NCBI RefSeq assembly: GCF_006345805.1
Contig: NC_043001.1
Location: 41,540,001 to 41,604,000 of the forward strand
Reading direction: 5' to 3'
Source: Octopus sinensis
Lineage: Eukaryota
Length of the DNA: 64,000 nucleotides
This document shows, in pieces, positions 1-13,671 of the stretch (positions are counted from its first letter, which is position 1; each line of letters begins with the position of its first letter). The notes beneath the pieces were generated by a model, which was given only the letters and a program-made list of their open reading frames with translations, ran no database searches and was not told the origin of the DNA. The position numbers and the translations under genes were made by a program.

Positions 1-1399
1 TTTCAATTATATTTATGGCAACTCTGACCTTCACACCCTACTAAATCTATCTTCCGACTCTTATTGAGTATCTGCTGTTGTTACTATTTCCTTGGAGGCT
101 GCCAAGATCAATTTCTGACTTTGCAATTTTTCATAACTACTACTGTTTACTTGTATTAATATCATTTGCTAATTTTGACCACTGAAAATATTCCTATGCA
201 GACAGTTGACTGAAAACAGTTGGTTGAAATACAACTTATTGAATAAAGTTGACTGAAAAAAATTATTAATCAAACTATTACTCATACTGTTGCTCAGATG
301 AGCAATTTAATTATGGCAAATATTAGAATAATTTCTTTTTAAAAAGTGTGTTCTGTTACATTTTATTTAGATAATTTTTTTCCTTAAAAATGTAAAAAAT
401 TTGGTGTAGTTTATATATATTCATGTGTGTGTGTCATGTTTAGTTTATGAATCACTATATTTAGAACTATAAACATCACACACATGCATGCACACATAAA
501 CATGTACATATACACACTCACATATGTGTGTGTGTTTGTGTGCATGTGTGTGCTTGCAAATGTATGTGTGTGTGCATACATGTGTGTGAGTGTGTGTGTG
601 TGTGTGTGTGTGCACTCGTGTGTGCTTGTGTGTATTTGCCCATAACGTGAGATTATAACACATTTCTATAATTTTGTTGAACTACTAATTTCTCAACACA
701 GCAAAAACATTAGCACCATTTTTGAATATTGATTCAATTACCACAGATTTTGAACCAGCCATGATATAAAGTTCGTAAAGTGACATTAACATAAGCTAAA
801 CTGATTTTTCAAACTGTAAACATGAACATCACTCACACATATATGCACACACATACACACACACATTCACACACGCACACACACACACATTCACGCACAC
901 ACACATGCATACAAACTCATATTGTGTAATATTTTAATAAAAAAAAGTTATTTTATTTTAACATAATGTAACAATATAGCAATTTTCCTCTAACCATGTT
1001 TTGTAATTTGCTGTAATTCATTTATATGTTCATTTGAGCAACAGTTACTACCATTAATTCTTTGTTGTTTATTTGTTTATTTATATGAGCTATTGCTTTC
1101 AATCAATTGTATTTTGATCAACAGTTTTTCATGAATTGACAATAATCTGAAAATATTACTTTTATGATTTATCTTGCTTGCTGTTTAGCCCAAGTCGTGA
1201 TTGATAGGGAACTCTTCAATGGTCTGAGTCTAACTCTGTTATAAAATTGATTTGATGGTTGTTCTAGATCTAGCTCCCTTATAAAATTGATTGTTCTAGA
1301 GCCAACTCCTTTATAAAACTGATTGGCTCTGTCAGTGATTATTTTGTATTGGTTATTATTTCCATTTCCAGTCCATTTGAGTTCAGCCATATTATTTTC

Positions 1400-1700
1400 T
1401 TTTCTCTTAAAAAAATTAAATGTTTGTCCATCAACTTGTTCACTTTAACGAAGTTGGCCAATATCTCTGCCTGATGAACTATGTGATGAATATATTTTTA
1501 ATATCTGTCTCTACTCAAGCTTTCATGTCTTCTACTAGAACTATCAAGAAACATGCATCATCATTTGCCATTTTCTCCAAATCTTTATCTCCCAAATGTG
1601 TTTCATTATCCACTTTATGATTACAAAAATTATCAGAGAGACAGTCTTTAATGATTTCAACATAAGTATTGTTAATCAATAATGCAAACAACTCAGTATA
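1400..1700 (-). pseudogene. Possible highly decayed hAT (Charlie/Buster-like) transposase fragment
   Basis: Minus-strand translation across a frameshift gives TELFALL...MANDDACFL...IHHIVHQAEILANFVKVNKLMD, loosely matching the hAT EELL..TDGAPAM..HCIIHQEALCAK pattern. Weak by-eye match. Confidence 0.35.
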
Positions 1701-1805
1701 ATATATATTAGCAACACAGTATTTCAACTGGCTGTAATCAAGCAGACCCATGATGAAAGGTTTTCCAGCCATGACCATTTCATTCTTTTCATAGATATAA
1801 AGTAA

Positions 1806-1930
1806 GGTCCAGGCATGTCTGTGTGGTAAAGAGTTTTGCTTCCTAATCATGTAATTTCAGATATAGTCTTGTTGAATGGCACCTTGGGCAAATGAGTGGA
1901 GTTGGTAAGCACAAACTGAAAGAAGCCCAT

Positions 1931-1961
<31 letters not shown>

Positions 1962-1995
1962 TGTGTGTGTGTGTGGTGTGTGTGTGTATACATAC
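1806..1995 (+). mobile_element. tRNA/CORE-type SINE head followed by (TG)n
   Basis: ggtccaggcatgtctgtgtggtaa...tggcaccttgggcaaatg...aaactgaaagaagccc matches other head copies in the window (6647, 8815-9222, 16027-16440). Confidence 0.75.
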
Positions 1996-2190
1996 ATAAA
2001 ATTAATTGAAGGACATACAAAGTATGTCCAGTCTGCTGGAAATAACAGTCAAAACTCTTATTTGAATAATAACAGAGACAATAATATCTTTGCAAATATA
2101 TATATAGTTGAAATTTATAGACAGGTGTATAGACAGGTGTATGAACAACAAGCAGGTGTATTAGTTTGACACTCAGGAAAGTGAAAAAAT

Positions 2191-2226
2191 CTTTTATATT
2201 TTGAGCCTATGCTCTTCAACAGAAAG
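2191..2226 (-). ncRNA. Decayed minimal hammerhead-like motif (CUGUUGA variant family)
   Basis: Minus strand CTTT CTGTTGA A GAGC ATAG GCTC AAAAT ATA AAAG. Stems I and II pair, and GAAAC-GTA has decayed by CpG-type transitions. Homologous to 6453-6488. Confidence 0.5.
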
Positions 2227-2304
2227 GAATAAGAGAAAATAAACAGAGAGAGAGTGGGAAAAATCTTGTGGATTTAGCAGTGAAGCATGTATGTATATAT
2301 TTAT

Positions 2305-3115
2305 GTGTGGGTGTCTTTGTGCCTGTGTTTGTCCCCCTACCATCTCTTGACAACTGATGTTGGTGTGTTTACATTCCCATAACTTAATGGTTTGGCAAAA
2401 GAGACCAACAGAATAAGTACTAGACTTACAAAGAATAAATACTGGGGTTGAATTCTTCAACTATAAAACCCTTAAAGATGGTGCTCCTGCATGGCCACAG
2501 CTAAATGACCAAAACAAGTAAAAGAATAAATCAATAAAAAAATATTTATAGTTGCAAAACTAATGGTCACTCTCTGACCAGCCATAACAATCAACTTTCT
2601 AAAAAAAATATGTATACATATGTGTGTGTTTGTGTGTCTGTGTTTGTCCCTCCAACATCCCTTGACAACCGATGCTGGTGTGTTTACATCCTCGTAACTT
2701 AGCGGTTTGGCAAAAGAGACTGATAGAATAAGTACTAGGCTTACAAAGAATAAGTCCTGGGGTCGATTTGCTCAACTAAAGGCAGTGCTCCAGCATGGTC
2801 GCAGTCAAATGACTGAAACAAGTAAAAGAGTATATGTATGTATGTATATGAGTGTGAATGTGTGTACGTTTGTGTTTCCTTGTTGTGACATCATGTGATA
2901 GTTGCAAATGAGTGTCACTGTTATACAAGCTATGTCATTCATTTCCAACATTTTCTGAAACCATGTTTGGCCATGGGGAAATATTACTTTGCTTAAAAAA
3001 CAGGTGAGGGCTGGTAACACGAAGTGCATCCAACCATAGAAAATCTCTCCCAACAAACTCTCTCTCTGATGCACGTAAGCATAGAAAAGTGGATGTTAAA
3101 ACGATGACGATGATG
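2305..3115 (+). mobile_element. Cluster of SINE tail modules: two type-1 tails (~2305-2530, ~2620-2830) and one RTE-tailed type-2 tail (~2870-3115)
   Basis: Type-1 tail ttgacaac..gctggtgtgtttac..gaataagtactaggcttacaaagaataag..agtaaaagag recurs throughout the window. The type-2 tail ends in gtggatgttaaaacgatgacgatg like the RTE 3' ends. Confidence 0.75.
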
Positions 3116-3159
3116 ATGATGAGGAGGAGGAGGAGGAGGAGAAGGAGGAGGAGGATTGA

Positions 3160-3650
3160 CAATTACATACCACCTGCATAGGAGCCAGTCCAGTGGCACT
3201 GGCAACAACCTTACTCGACTGTTTTTTCATGTTCCACTGGCACAAGTGCCAGTAAGGCGACACTAGTAACGATCACGCTCGTATGGTGCTTTTTTTTTTC
3301 ATTAAAAAGCACCATTCGAGCTTGATCGTTACCAGTGGCGCCTTACTGGCACGTGAAAAAACATTCAAGCAAGGTCGTTGCCAGTGCCACTGGACTTGCT
3401 CCTGTGCAGATGGCACATAAAAAACACCATTTGAGCGTGGCCTTTGCCAGTACCGCCTGACTGGCCCTCATTCCAGTGGCATATAAAAGCACCTACTGCA
3501 CTCTCAGAATGATTTTCATTAGGAAGGGCATCCAGTTGTAGAAGCTCTGACAGATCAAGATTGGAGCCTGGTGCAGCCATCTGATTTGCCAGACTTCAGT
3601 CAAATCGTCCAACCATGCTAGCATGAAAAGCAGACGTTAAACGATGAGGA
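3160..3650 (+). mobile_element. RTE-type LINE 3' UTR/tail fragment
   Basis: GC-rich gtgccagtggca..aaaagcacc repeats, ttaggaagggcatccag, and a terminal gacgttaaacgatg tail. Same as the 3' end attached to RTE coding sequence at 41120-42385. Confidence 0.75.
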
Positions 3651-3966
3651 GGAGGAGGATGACAGTGAGGTAGAAGAGGAGGAAGATGATGATAACAATG
3701 ACGACAATGATGACAATGATGAAATCGAGAGTAACCAAGAGCATGTTATCCAATGTATGTCCCTTCCTTTCTTATAAGACATGCAATTTATAGGAGACTG
3801 ACTTGCTTTTACTGGCAGATCAAGCAACTGTATAAGGCTCGAATATATTATATGTATTGTGTTTGCCAAGGTGGAAGAGACGAGAGCATTCTAATTAAAG
3901 ACTTTAGTGTGCTGAAACAAAGGTTCGTATTCCTTGATGGACAGTTGTCACTTGAACTTTGTTAAT

Positions 3967-4196
3967 GTGGTGAGCTGGCAGAATTGTTAGCGTGTCAGGC
4001 GAAATGCTTAGCGGTATTTTGTCTGCCATTACGTTCTGAGTTCAAATTCCACTGAGGTCGACTTTGCCTTTCATCCTTTCATGGTCGATTAAATAAGTAC
4101 CAGTTATGCACGGGGGTCGATGTAATCGACTTAATCCCTTTGTCTGTCCTTGTTTGTCCCCTCTATGTTTAGCCCCCTGTGGGCAATAAAGAAATA
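3967..4196 (+). mobile_element. Second tRNA-derived SINE family
   Basis: gtggtgagctggcagaa A-box-like and gttcaaattcc B-box-like head, core gaggtcgactttgcctttcatcctttc, A-rich end. Copies at 21993-22170 and 35503-35645. Confidence 0.75.
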
Positions 4197-4931
4197 TATA
4201 TTATATATATTGTATATCAGCAAGCTGTTAAAGTGGTTTGGTAATGAAATCCAAGCACACTTGATTCATTTGTAGAGAAAGTATTTTTTTAATCCAACGA
4301 CTTAGGAAGGGAGGATACAAATGCCAAAGAGCAAAATCAATGTAAATAGGAATAATGTATAACCAATTGAATGTTTGCTTTTTCTAAATATCCATAGATT
4401 CAACATCCATATTTACCACTTTTGATGTTGAAATATCTGATAATTTTAAAACAGACTGCTAGGTCATGTAGTTTTACACATTTTATAACATTGTGTAATT
4501 CTTTCATAATAGAATCAACTTATTGATTCATTCTAAGTCATTGTTTCAAGAAATAAAATAATGTTCTCAATAGTTTTTTTGTGTTTTTACCATTATTTCT
4601 TTCTTCCATTGTCTTTTTTATTTTCAAACAATTTTAAAAGTAAAATTTATCATGAGCAATCAGATTTTTCTTCTTTCTCAGTGAAGAGTAAACATTTTTT
4701 TTAATAAAACATTCCTGGAGTAATGAGTTAGGTCTGGAGAGCTATAGTTCAGCCTATTATTGACTAAATTACTAAGCAGCATCATTTAAACACTTGCTTC
4801 CTCAAGCCTATTATTTGGGGGAGGAAAAAATCAGTTGTTTCAATCATAATTAGCTGCAGTTTCAATTAAAGCCCAAGAATATTAGTCAAATAGTTGCCAA
4901 TAAAAATATCTTGTGTGTGTGTGTGTGTGTG

Positions 4932-4965
<34 letters not shown>

Positions 4966-5386
4966 TCTTTGTAAATATGTGTGTAGGTTAATATATGTAT
5001 ATACATGTATGTATTTATATAGATATAAATTATGTGTGCATATGCACACACATATATATACACACACACACAACTGTATGTATATATGTGTGTGTGTGTG
5101 TGTGTCTATGTCTATCTATCTATCTATCTTTTCACATACATGAACACATACACACATACTCATGCATGCACACACATACACATACACACACACATATATA
5201 CATATACATGTACAAATGCATATAATACACATGCACACATAAATGAGAGTGTGTATTTGTATATACTTTCACATATTTCAACAAGTGTTATGCATACTGC
5301 CTCTAATTAAGTCTAAAACAAATTTATCACTAAATTGTATGGCATGTATGTTTATTATACATATTATCATGTACAGAAACATGCAC

Positions 5387-5452
5387 ATACATACATACAT
5401 ACATACATACATACATACATACATACATACATACATACATACATACATACAT
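5387..5452. repeat. (TACA)n microsatellite
   Basis: Perfect tetranucleotide run seen directly. Confidence 0.95.
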
Positions 5453-5509
5453 GCAGCCACGTATTCACACACATGATATATATATATAGTGTATTATATA
5501 TTATATTCT

Positions 5510-5900
5510 ATATATGGCTGTGTAGTTACAAAGTTTGCTTCCCAACCTCATAGTTTTGAGTTCAGTCCTACAATGAAGGAAAGCATCTTTTACTAAAGTG
5601 TGGATCCAACCATAGCATTTTGAGTGGATTTGATAGATGGAAATTAAAAGAAACCTGTTCTCTCTATATATATGTGTATGTATGCGTGTATGTGTGTGTG
5701 TGTGTGCGTGTGTGTGTGCGTGTGTGGTGTGTGTGTGTGTGTGTGTATGTGTGTGTGTGTGTGCACGCATACGCATGCATCTCCTTATCTTGATACTGTG
5801 AAACAGTTGTAAATGAACCTCAGCATTGTCAGTCATTTCCAGTCTTTCATGAAAAGATATGCCTGGTTGAGGGGAAATATTACTTTGCTTGGAAACAGGT
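5510..5900 (+). mobile_element. Composite SINE: CORE-type head, (TG)n, type-2 tail
   Basis: Head tggctgtgtagttacaaag..gttcagtcc..aaagaaacc, central microsatellite, then gaaaagatatgcctggttgaggggaaatattactttgcttggaaacagg. Confidence 0.65.
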
Positions 5901-6221
5901 ATGGTTTCCTCACAGAATATGTGTGTGTGTGTGTGCTAAAATGAATTCATAAGCTCACTTATAGCATCCAAATCTACATCTTTTTCTTTTGATGATATTG
6001 TGTTCCTGTGACATTAATATAACTTTAATGCTTATAAAGTATTAATTGAAACGGCTGTAAGTGAAGATGACCAATTTGCTGTTAATAGTAGATAATTATT
6101 AACTTCCTAATCTACATTTTCTTTTCTTCTTTTAAGTGTATATAATTTTAACCTTAAAGGTATTTTAATATGCTGCCACATTTTTGATGAAATTTTTTCT
6201 GTAAAAAAACATCCTCTATTA

Positions 6222-6269
<48 letters not shown>

Positions 6270-6452
6270 TAATATACATATACACACACACATACATATA
6301 GATATACATACGTACACATACACACACACACGTGTGTATATATATATATATATATATATAAAGGGAAAGTTTACGAAAATAAACAAAAGATGAAGGCAGG
6401 TGGAGTACAAACAAACAAATGTATTAGTATAGCGCTCAGGAATAGAAAAAGT

Positions 6453-6488
6453 CTTTTACGTTTCGAGCCTATGCTCTTTGACAGAAAG
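6453..6488 (-). ncRNA. Minimal hammerhead-like motif with variant core and zero-loop stem III
   Basis: Minus strand CTTT CTGTCAA A GAGC ATAG GCTC GAAAC GTA AAAG: stem I CTTT/AAAG, stem II GAGC/GCTC, GAAAC directly followed by GUA. Confidence 0.5.
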
Positions 6489-6514
6489 ATACACAGAAAA
6501 AAATAAGGAGAGAA

Positions 6515-6930
<416 letters not shown>

Positions 6931-7027
6931 GGAAGCAAAAAATATACATATACATACACACACACACACACACACATATATACGTACATACTTATACATA
7001 CATATACATATACATATATATATATAT

Positions 7028-7090
<63 letters not shown>

Positions 7091-8814
7091 ATATATATAT
7101 ATATATATATATATACATACATACATACATAGAGAGAGATAGGGAGAGGGAGAGAGAGGGGAGAGAGGGGGGAAGGAGAGAGAGAGACTAATAAGGTAGT
7201 CAGAATGTCGGATGATTATATATATTTTTATTTATATTTTTAGTGCTTTCTTCCGTTATTAGATTTATCAAAAAATGTGATTTATAGTAAGTTTGCTTGG
7301 CCTTTGAATATAAAATTGAAAGTGACGATGTTTTAGAGAGGGAGAGGTGGGGAACAAGTTAGAAAGAAGTATGCAAAGATGAGAGAGGAGGAAAGAGTGG
7401 GAGATGGTGAAGATAGAAAGAGAAAAGAAAGTAGGAGTGTTTTGGTAGTTTGCAGAGGAAGGAAAAAGAAAGAAGAAAAGAGTTTGCGAAGGAGGGGGAG
7501 GCATGACTTTTCATGCAGGAAGTACAGCAGGAAGAGAAGGTCACAACAATTGATGCAATCATATTTGCTGAAATCTCTGGAAGAAATGACAACCAAAATC
7601 AAGAAAAGCTGCAACAACTATGGAAAGAAGAAACCAAATGGGAATAAGAAAGATCTATAAGAATGTAGGAAAAGCTACAGGAGTGGTTTACTTACTATGG
7701 AAAAACTATGGAGTAAAATCTATAATGAAAACAAAACCACCACAACAAAAAATACAGGAAAATTGTAAAATAATACAAACACCGCCCCAGAGGATTGAAA
7801 CAAGAATATTGGACCCCCAGACATCCAAAAACTTATGCAGTGGCAACCTCCAACTCATCTCAAATACAGATTAGAAACCTGAACTGTACAGTTCCAAAAC
7901 TTCATACTATGATGAATAAACGTATCATCATCATCATCATCGGAAAGTGGATGCTAAACGATGATGATGATGATGATGAATATAAAAAACAACCATCAAC
8001 CAAATATTCTGGATGGAGGAACACATGGGAAGAAAGACAAGCATTAACCCATAATACGGAACAATCTAGATGGATGAACACATAGGAAGAAAGACAAGTG
8101 AGGAACAAATAACACAGAATCTATAATATAAAAAGTCATCATAATGAAAACTCAAGATACCCATGATATATGACCACCAATCGCACACAGTCCAACAAAT
8201 GTAGAAGATAGGAAGAAGACAATTAATCTGGACAAAGAAATACACACAGACAACATGAACTGTTCCCTCACCGACAAGGAAACCTGAACCCCAGAAATAG
8301 AAATTGGAGATGTAACAACACAATCCCTTTTTTAGGGAGAAAATACTGCAACAATGCTCCAGACCCAATACAACAGAAGTTCCTAATAAACTCACAAAAC
8401 ACATAGACCCTAAAATTATAAATTTATCAAATAGAAATCTCAACAAAAATGAAAGGAGCCTCATACTAAAAGATTTCAAATTTACCCCAACACCCATTCC
8501 AAATCTCATAGAGCTAAAAACTGATACTAAGAACTTCAACTGTCACCTCTGCCTTATAGAATTCTTTGACAATAAGAAAGTAGAGGATGAATCAATCTTA
8601 AGAAAAAATCTCATTTCACCTCTTACAAGTGAAGCAACAAACACCTAGATACATTTACAGAAACAATCTTGAAATTCTCTCTCAATACCCATAAATGCAG
8701 GTAAAACCTTCGTGAAGGAAAAAAGGAAGCATTACAAAGCCTAAAGAATGACAATTCAATCATCCTAAAGGAAGCCGACAAGGGTGGGGTGATAGTAATC
8801 ATGGACACAGACTA

Positions 8815-9222
8815 CTCTTTTACTTGTTTAGTCATTTGACTGTGGCCATGCTGGAACACTGCCTTTAGTGGAACAAATTGACCCCAGAACTTATTCTTTG
8901 GAAGCCTAGTACTTATTCTATCAGTCTCTTTTGCTGAACTGTTAAGCTATGGGGACATAAATACACTACTATCAGTTGTCAAGCGATGTTGGGGGGACAA
9001 ACGCAGACACACAAACATACACACACACAAACATACACACACACATACATACATATATACAATGGGCTTCTTTCACTTTCAATCTACCAAATCCACTCAC
9101 AAGGATTTGGTCAGCCCAAGGCTATAGTAGAAGACACTTGCCCAAGGTGCCACGCGGTGGGAATGAACCTGGAACTGTGTGGTTGGTAAGCAAGCTACTT
9201 ACCACTCAGCCATGCCGGTGCC
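8815..9222 (-). mobile_element. Full composite SINE inserted into the PLE ORF
   Basis: Head, microsatellite and type-1 tail on the minus strand. PLE frame ...VIMDTDY | YKKILEIL is split exactly, with ctac on both sides. Confidence 0.85.
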
Positions 9223-9594
9223 TACAAAAAAAATACTAGAAATTTTAACAGGTCAAACATACTATAAGGAAAAACCAAGACACCCAGAAAAAGCAACACT
9301 GAATAAAATCACATTAATTAACCAATACCAGGACTCCTTCACAGACAGGGAAAAACACTATTTATGCAATCCATAATCAAAGAGAGCAATTTCTATGGAT
9401 TGCCCAAAATCCACAAAAGTGCTGAGATATAGAGGGCCATAAATGAACAGAGGAGCCAATACCTAAAAATCACAGACCTCGAAATAAGAGCGATAGTTGC
9501 TGGGCCCCAAGCCCTAATACAACAACTGAGTCACCTCTTGGACATACTCCTCAAACCCTTATGCCCATTAATACCCAGCTAAATACAGGATGAC

Positions 9595-10101
9595 ATGGAC
9601 TTTCTCAAACATATCCCAACTACTGTCTCGGAAGGTACTATACTTGCAAGTTTTGACATCACTAACCCCTATACCAACATACCTCATACCTTGGGCCTGG
9701 AGGCAGTCAAACACTGGGTAAAGAGACACAGTAGATGTATAAATGAACATTTCAAAACAGACTTCATTATCAAAGCCACTCGTCTAGTACTAGAAGAAAA
9801 CACCTTCAGATTTGATAATAAAATATACCAACAGAAAAAGGGCCTGGCTAAGGGTACAAAATTTGCCCCTTCATATGCCAACCTAGTCATTGGTTACCTA
9901 GAAGGGAATCTTTACAAGGAAGTAGGAAAAATCTTTGATCCCAACTTCAAGGAAGGCAACGTGAAACTGTACCTCGATGACTATTTCATTTTTTGGGATG
10001 GATCAAAAGAAGACCTACCAACATTTCACAACATCCTCAACACACTGCACCCATCTATCAAACTCACAACAGAAAAAGCTACAATGAACTACCATTCCTA
10101 G
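9595..10101 (+). pseudogene. PLE reverse transcriptase fragment (frameshifted)
   Basis: ORF-track protein carries PLE RT motifs. Flanking frames continue the protein with stops and frameshifts. Confidence 0.85.
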
Positions 10102-11814
10102 ATATTCACATCAAAATAGACAACTCCACTGTTAAATCAGACATATTTTACAAACAAACAGACACACACTGATATTTGAATTTCTATTCTTACCACCCCT
10201 CACACATCAAAAGGAACATCTCATATAATTTGGCAAGATGTATCTGCACCATAGTAATTGATCCACAAATATGCCAAATTAGACTTGATGAATTAAAAAA
10301 CTTCCTACAATAACAAAATTACGCCGTGAAACTGATAAATAATGGAATCTCAAAAGCAATGAAATTAGACATCACACAACTAAGGACTCGAAAAGAAAAA
10401 GTAACAAACATACAATTCCATTTATTAATACATACAACCTTGGAATAACCAATATTTTCCACATTATATAGTCAAATTCACATTAGAGAATGAAACAGAA
10501 TTCTCCGTAAAAGAATGTGTTGATAGCAGATGTGGAATATGCAACTACAACAATAACTTCAAATATATAGATGGGGGACACACACATAAAATTTAAGAGT
10601 GGATTCTCGTTTAACATAAATGCAAATATGAACTGCAAGACACAAAATTTCATCTACTGCATTAATTGCCCAAATTGTAAGGAAAATTATATTGGTGAAA
10701 CCAATAATTCCCTTTGCCAATGCACAAGAATCCACAGACAACAAATCTGACAAGAGGAGCTACAGAAAATTCCACTGAGCAAACATTTGGAAATATGTAG
10801 AGAAGGAAAATTCAAGATCTTTCCCTTGCTCAAAGAGTGACCCAAACTTCCAGATCATATTTATAATTGAGAAACACTTTCCTACATTTATACTTTTTCA
10901 GATTGTATTTAAAATCATACCTATACTTATTTTAAAATCACTCTTTCAAAAACATAGCCATACACAGCTAAATCAAAGACAACATCTGGAATTTTAATAA
11001 AAAAAAAAAGACCACATTCATGCAACCATTCTCTCTCCCTTACATTAATGAATACAAAAGAATTTAAAAAAGGAAGACCTTGAAATGTAATTATACTTCT
11101 TACTGGAGAAAACAAAAACAACACCTGGCCTTCCAATTAAAAATCTTGACCACTTGAATACAAAGAATTCCCTTCCTTCCCCACCCAAAAGTTTACTAAA
11201 AAAAGAAAAAAACAACATACTGAATCAAGCAAGTTTGACCACACTGAAACAAAAGCCTGGCCGTCCCCTCCCTCTCAAACCTTTTCTTCTTTCTTTTCTC
11301 TTCCTCTGCAAACCACCAAAACACTCCTTTCTTTTCTCTTCTCTATCTTCACTATCTCCCACTCTCTCCTTCTCTCTCACCCCTGTACCTTCTTTTCTAA
11401 TTTGTTGCTCTCCTTCCCCCTCCCCTCTCTAAAACATCATCATTTTCAATTTTATATAAAAAGGCCAAGCAAACTTACTATAAACCATTTTTTTGATAAA
11501 ACTGGTAATGGAAGAAAGCGCTAAAAATGTAAATAAAAACATGGGATTTTTGTGGTTTTCATCAGGGACCCTTGTGATTTTCATCACAATTGTTCCAGTT
11601 ATTTTCAAATTTAGTACATGGATTAAGTTTTGTATACTAATTACGAAAATAAAATTCATTTTTCCTATAAATCCATAACTAAAAAGTTATTAGCCTTTGA
11701 AATTTGCAATATTTGGGTATTTTAGCCAATCAGAAATGAGTATTTTACTCTTCACTGTGGCGAAGAACTCTGTTTCCATAGTAACCAAAGATGCTGCACA
11801 TGCACATAGGGAGT

Positions 11815-12395
11815 GCAACCACCACATGTTGGAACCCCTATCTTGCCCAGGACATCAATCGTCTGGAAGCTGTTCAGCGATGTGCAACCAAAAGAATATC
11901 CTCCATCAGGCATTTGCCATATCCTGAACGCCTTACTTCCCTGGGCATGGACACATTGAAACTCCGACGTCTGGCAGCTGACTTGGCAGACACCCATAAA
12001 ATTATCAACCATCGCACAAACAATAACTCTGAGCACCTCTTCAAACTCCACCCATCTAACACCCGTGGACATATTTACAAAGTCAGAAAACAGCACAGCT
12101 CCCATGACTTCAGGAAACATTTTTTCATGCTGAGAGTTGCTGAAGCATGGAACAAACTGCCGACATCGGTTGTTAGTTGTCGGAGCACTGCATCCTTCAA
12201 AACTTCCATGCTTCCTGAGATTCGCCAACACTACACTTGATTTTCTCCCCTCCATACACACACAAGCATGTATCTGACTCATACACTGTTCACTTTCCAG
12301 ACATTTCTACATTACTGCATGTACTTTATATGCACTTTCTGACAAGTTGTGGTGCACCTGAGCACTGTATACAATAATTTCATTATTATTATTAT
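11815..12395 (+). mobile_element. 5'-truncated CR1-clade LINE 3' end
   Basis: WNPYLAQDINRLEAVQRCATKRI..PYPERLTSLGM..RGH..FFMLRVAEAWNKLP is a typical CR1 ORF2 C-terminus. Ends in a (TTA)n tail at ~12378-12395. Confidence 0.9.
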
Positions 12396-12409
12396 AATTG
12401 TTTGCTTTC

Positions 12410-12600
12410 ATAACAAATGGGATTCACACTCAACAAATTGAAAGTACCTGGATATCTTTAAAACATGGAAACAAACACCAGTGTGTGATACACCATTCCA
12501 TGATTGACTTTTATCTTTGTGAATTTATGTGGAGAAAGAGATATGAGAAAGATAATTTATTTTATAAATTCCTAGATTGTATTAATATTTGTGACAGAAC
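12410..12600 (+). pseudogene. Merlin/ISXO2 (IS1595-like) DDE transposase C-terminal fragment
   Basis: NGIHTQQIESTWISLK..HHSMIDFYLCEFMWRKR matches the ISXO2 HTQ.IES.W...YL.EFMWR motif. Confidence 0.75.
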
Positions 12601-13519
12601 TAAATATGAAGAATTAAATAATGGGCATCAATATTCTAGCAGTCCCTGAATTAATTTACTGTCATAATATTCTTGATAAGATGCTAAGTAAATTTGCAAG
12701 ACTAGCCAGAAAATTAAGAAAATGAATTCTTGTATTTTGAGTGCACTACCAAGATCTTGTGTAAAAAAATTAAATCTATCTCAAACACAGGGAAACAGAG
12801 ACCTTGTACAACTAAACTATTATAAATATTCACTATCAAATTACAAAAATATCTAGTAATTAATAATAGAAAAATTAATTCAAATTAACCATGAAACTTG
12901 AAGGCAATCAGACTAGCTAATGCTTGTTACTTTAGGTAAGAAGATAAAAGGAATGTCAGGTGTAGTTTCATGGTGGAAATGTTGATGAAGATAAATAACA
13001 AAATAAAAACAAATCATAGGTGATGATGGATTTAAAATCATAATAAATCATAAGAAAATTAGTAAAAGATTATAAAACATAGAAGGATCATTAAAGGCTT
13101 AGGGCAATTAATGAAAGGTGTGAATTAATAATTCATTGAAGAAAAGGTAGAGTTAGGGATTTAGAAATGTAGGGATGTTGGAAATAGTAAAATCATGAGA
13201 AATCTGTAATATAGGATTGCAGATATAATACAGCTGTGATGCAATAAAATCATGCAATAACATAATTGAATAATGATTATATAATTGAATAGAAATGATG
13301 TAATTGATAAAGTTTATATAATAATGAAACAAGGATGGAATGAGTGGGGAAATATGGGAGGGATGTAAGAAAATCAAAAGGAGGAAACATGGGAAAATTA
13401 TAAAGAGTGCAAAACTATAAAAAGCAGATAAAGAGATATGAAACAGTATGAGGGAAATACAAGAATTAAATATGTATGTATGGATATACATAGATACAAA
13501 CACATGAACACTTACACAA

Positions 13520-13575
<56 letters not shown>

Positions 13576-13639
13576 ATATACATACATACATACATACATA
13601 CATACATACATACATACATACATACATACATACATACAC

Positions 13640-13671
<32 letters not shown>

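Larger units (their letters stand above)
7221..11541 (+). mobile_element. Penelope-like element relic with ~280-bp inverted terminal repeats, RT and GIY-YIG endonuclease
   Basis: RT motifs FDITNPYTNIPH, QQKKGLAKGTKFAPSYANL and YLDDYFIFW (ORF 9595-10101). GIY-YIG-like IYCINCPNCKENYIGET near 10650-10710. 7221-7500 is an imperfect reverse complement of ~11265-11541. Confidence 0.85.

Noticed and set aside
3967-4060. tRNA-like A/B box sequence (also in the other SINE heads)
   Set aside because: It does not fold into a full cloverleaf and continues into SINE body, so it is not a tRNA gene.
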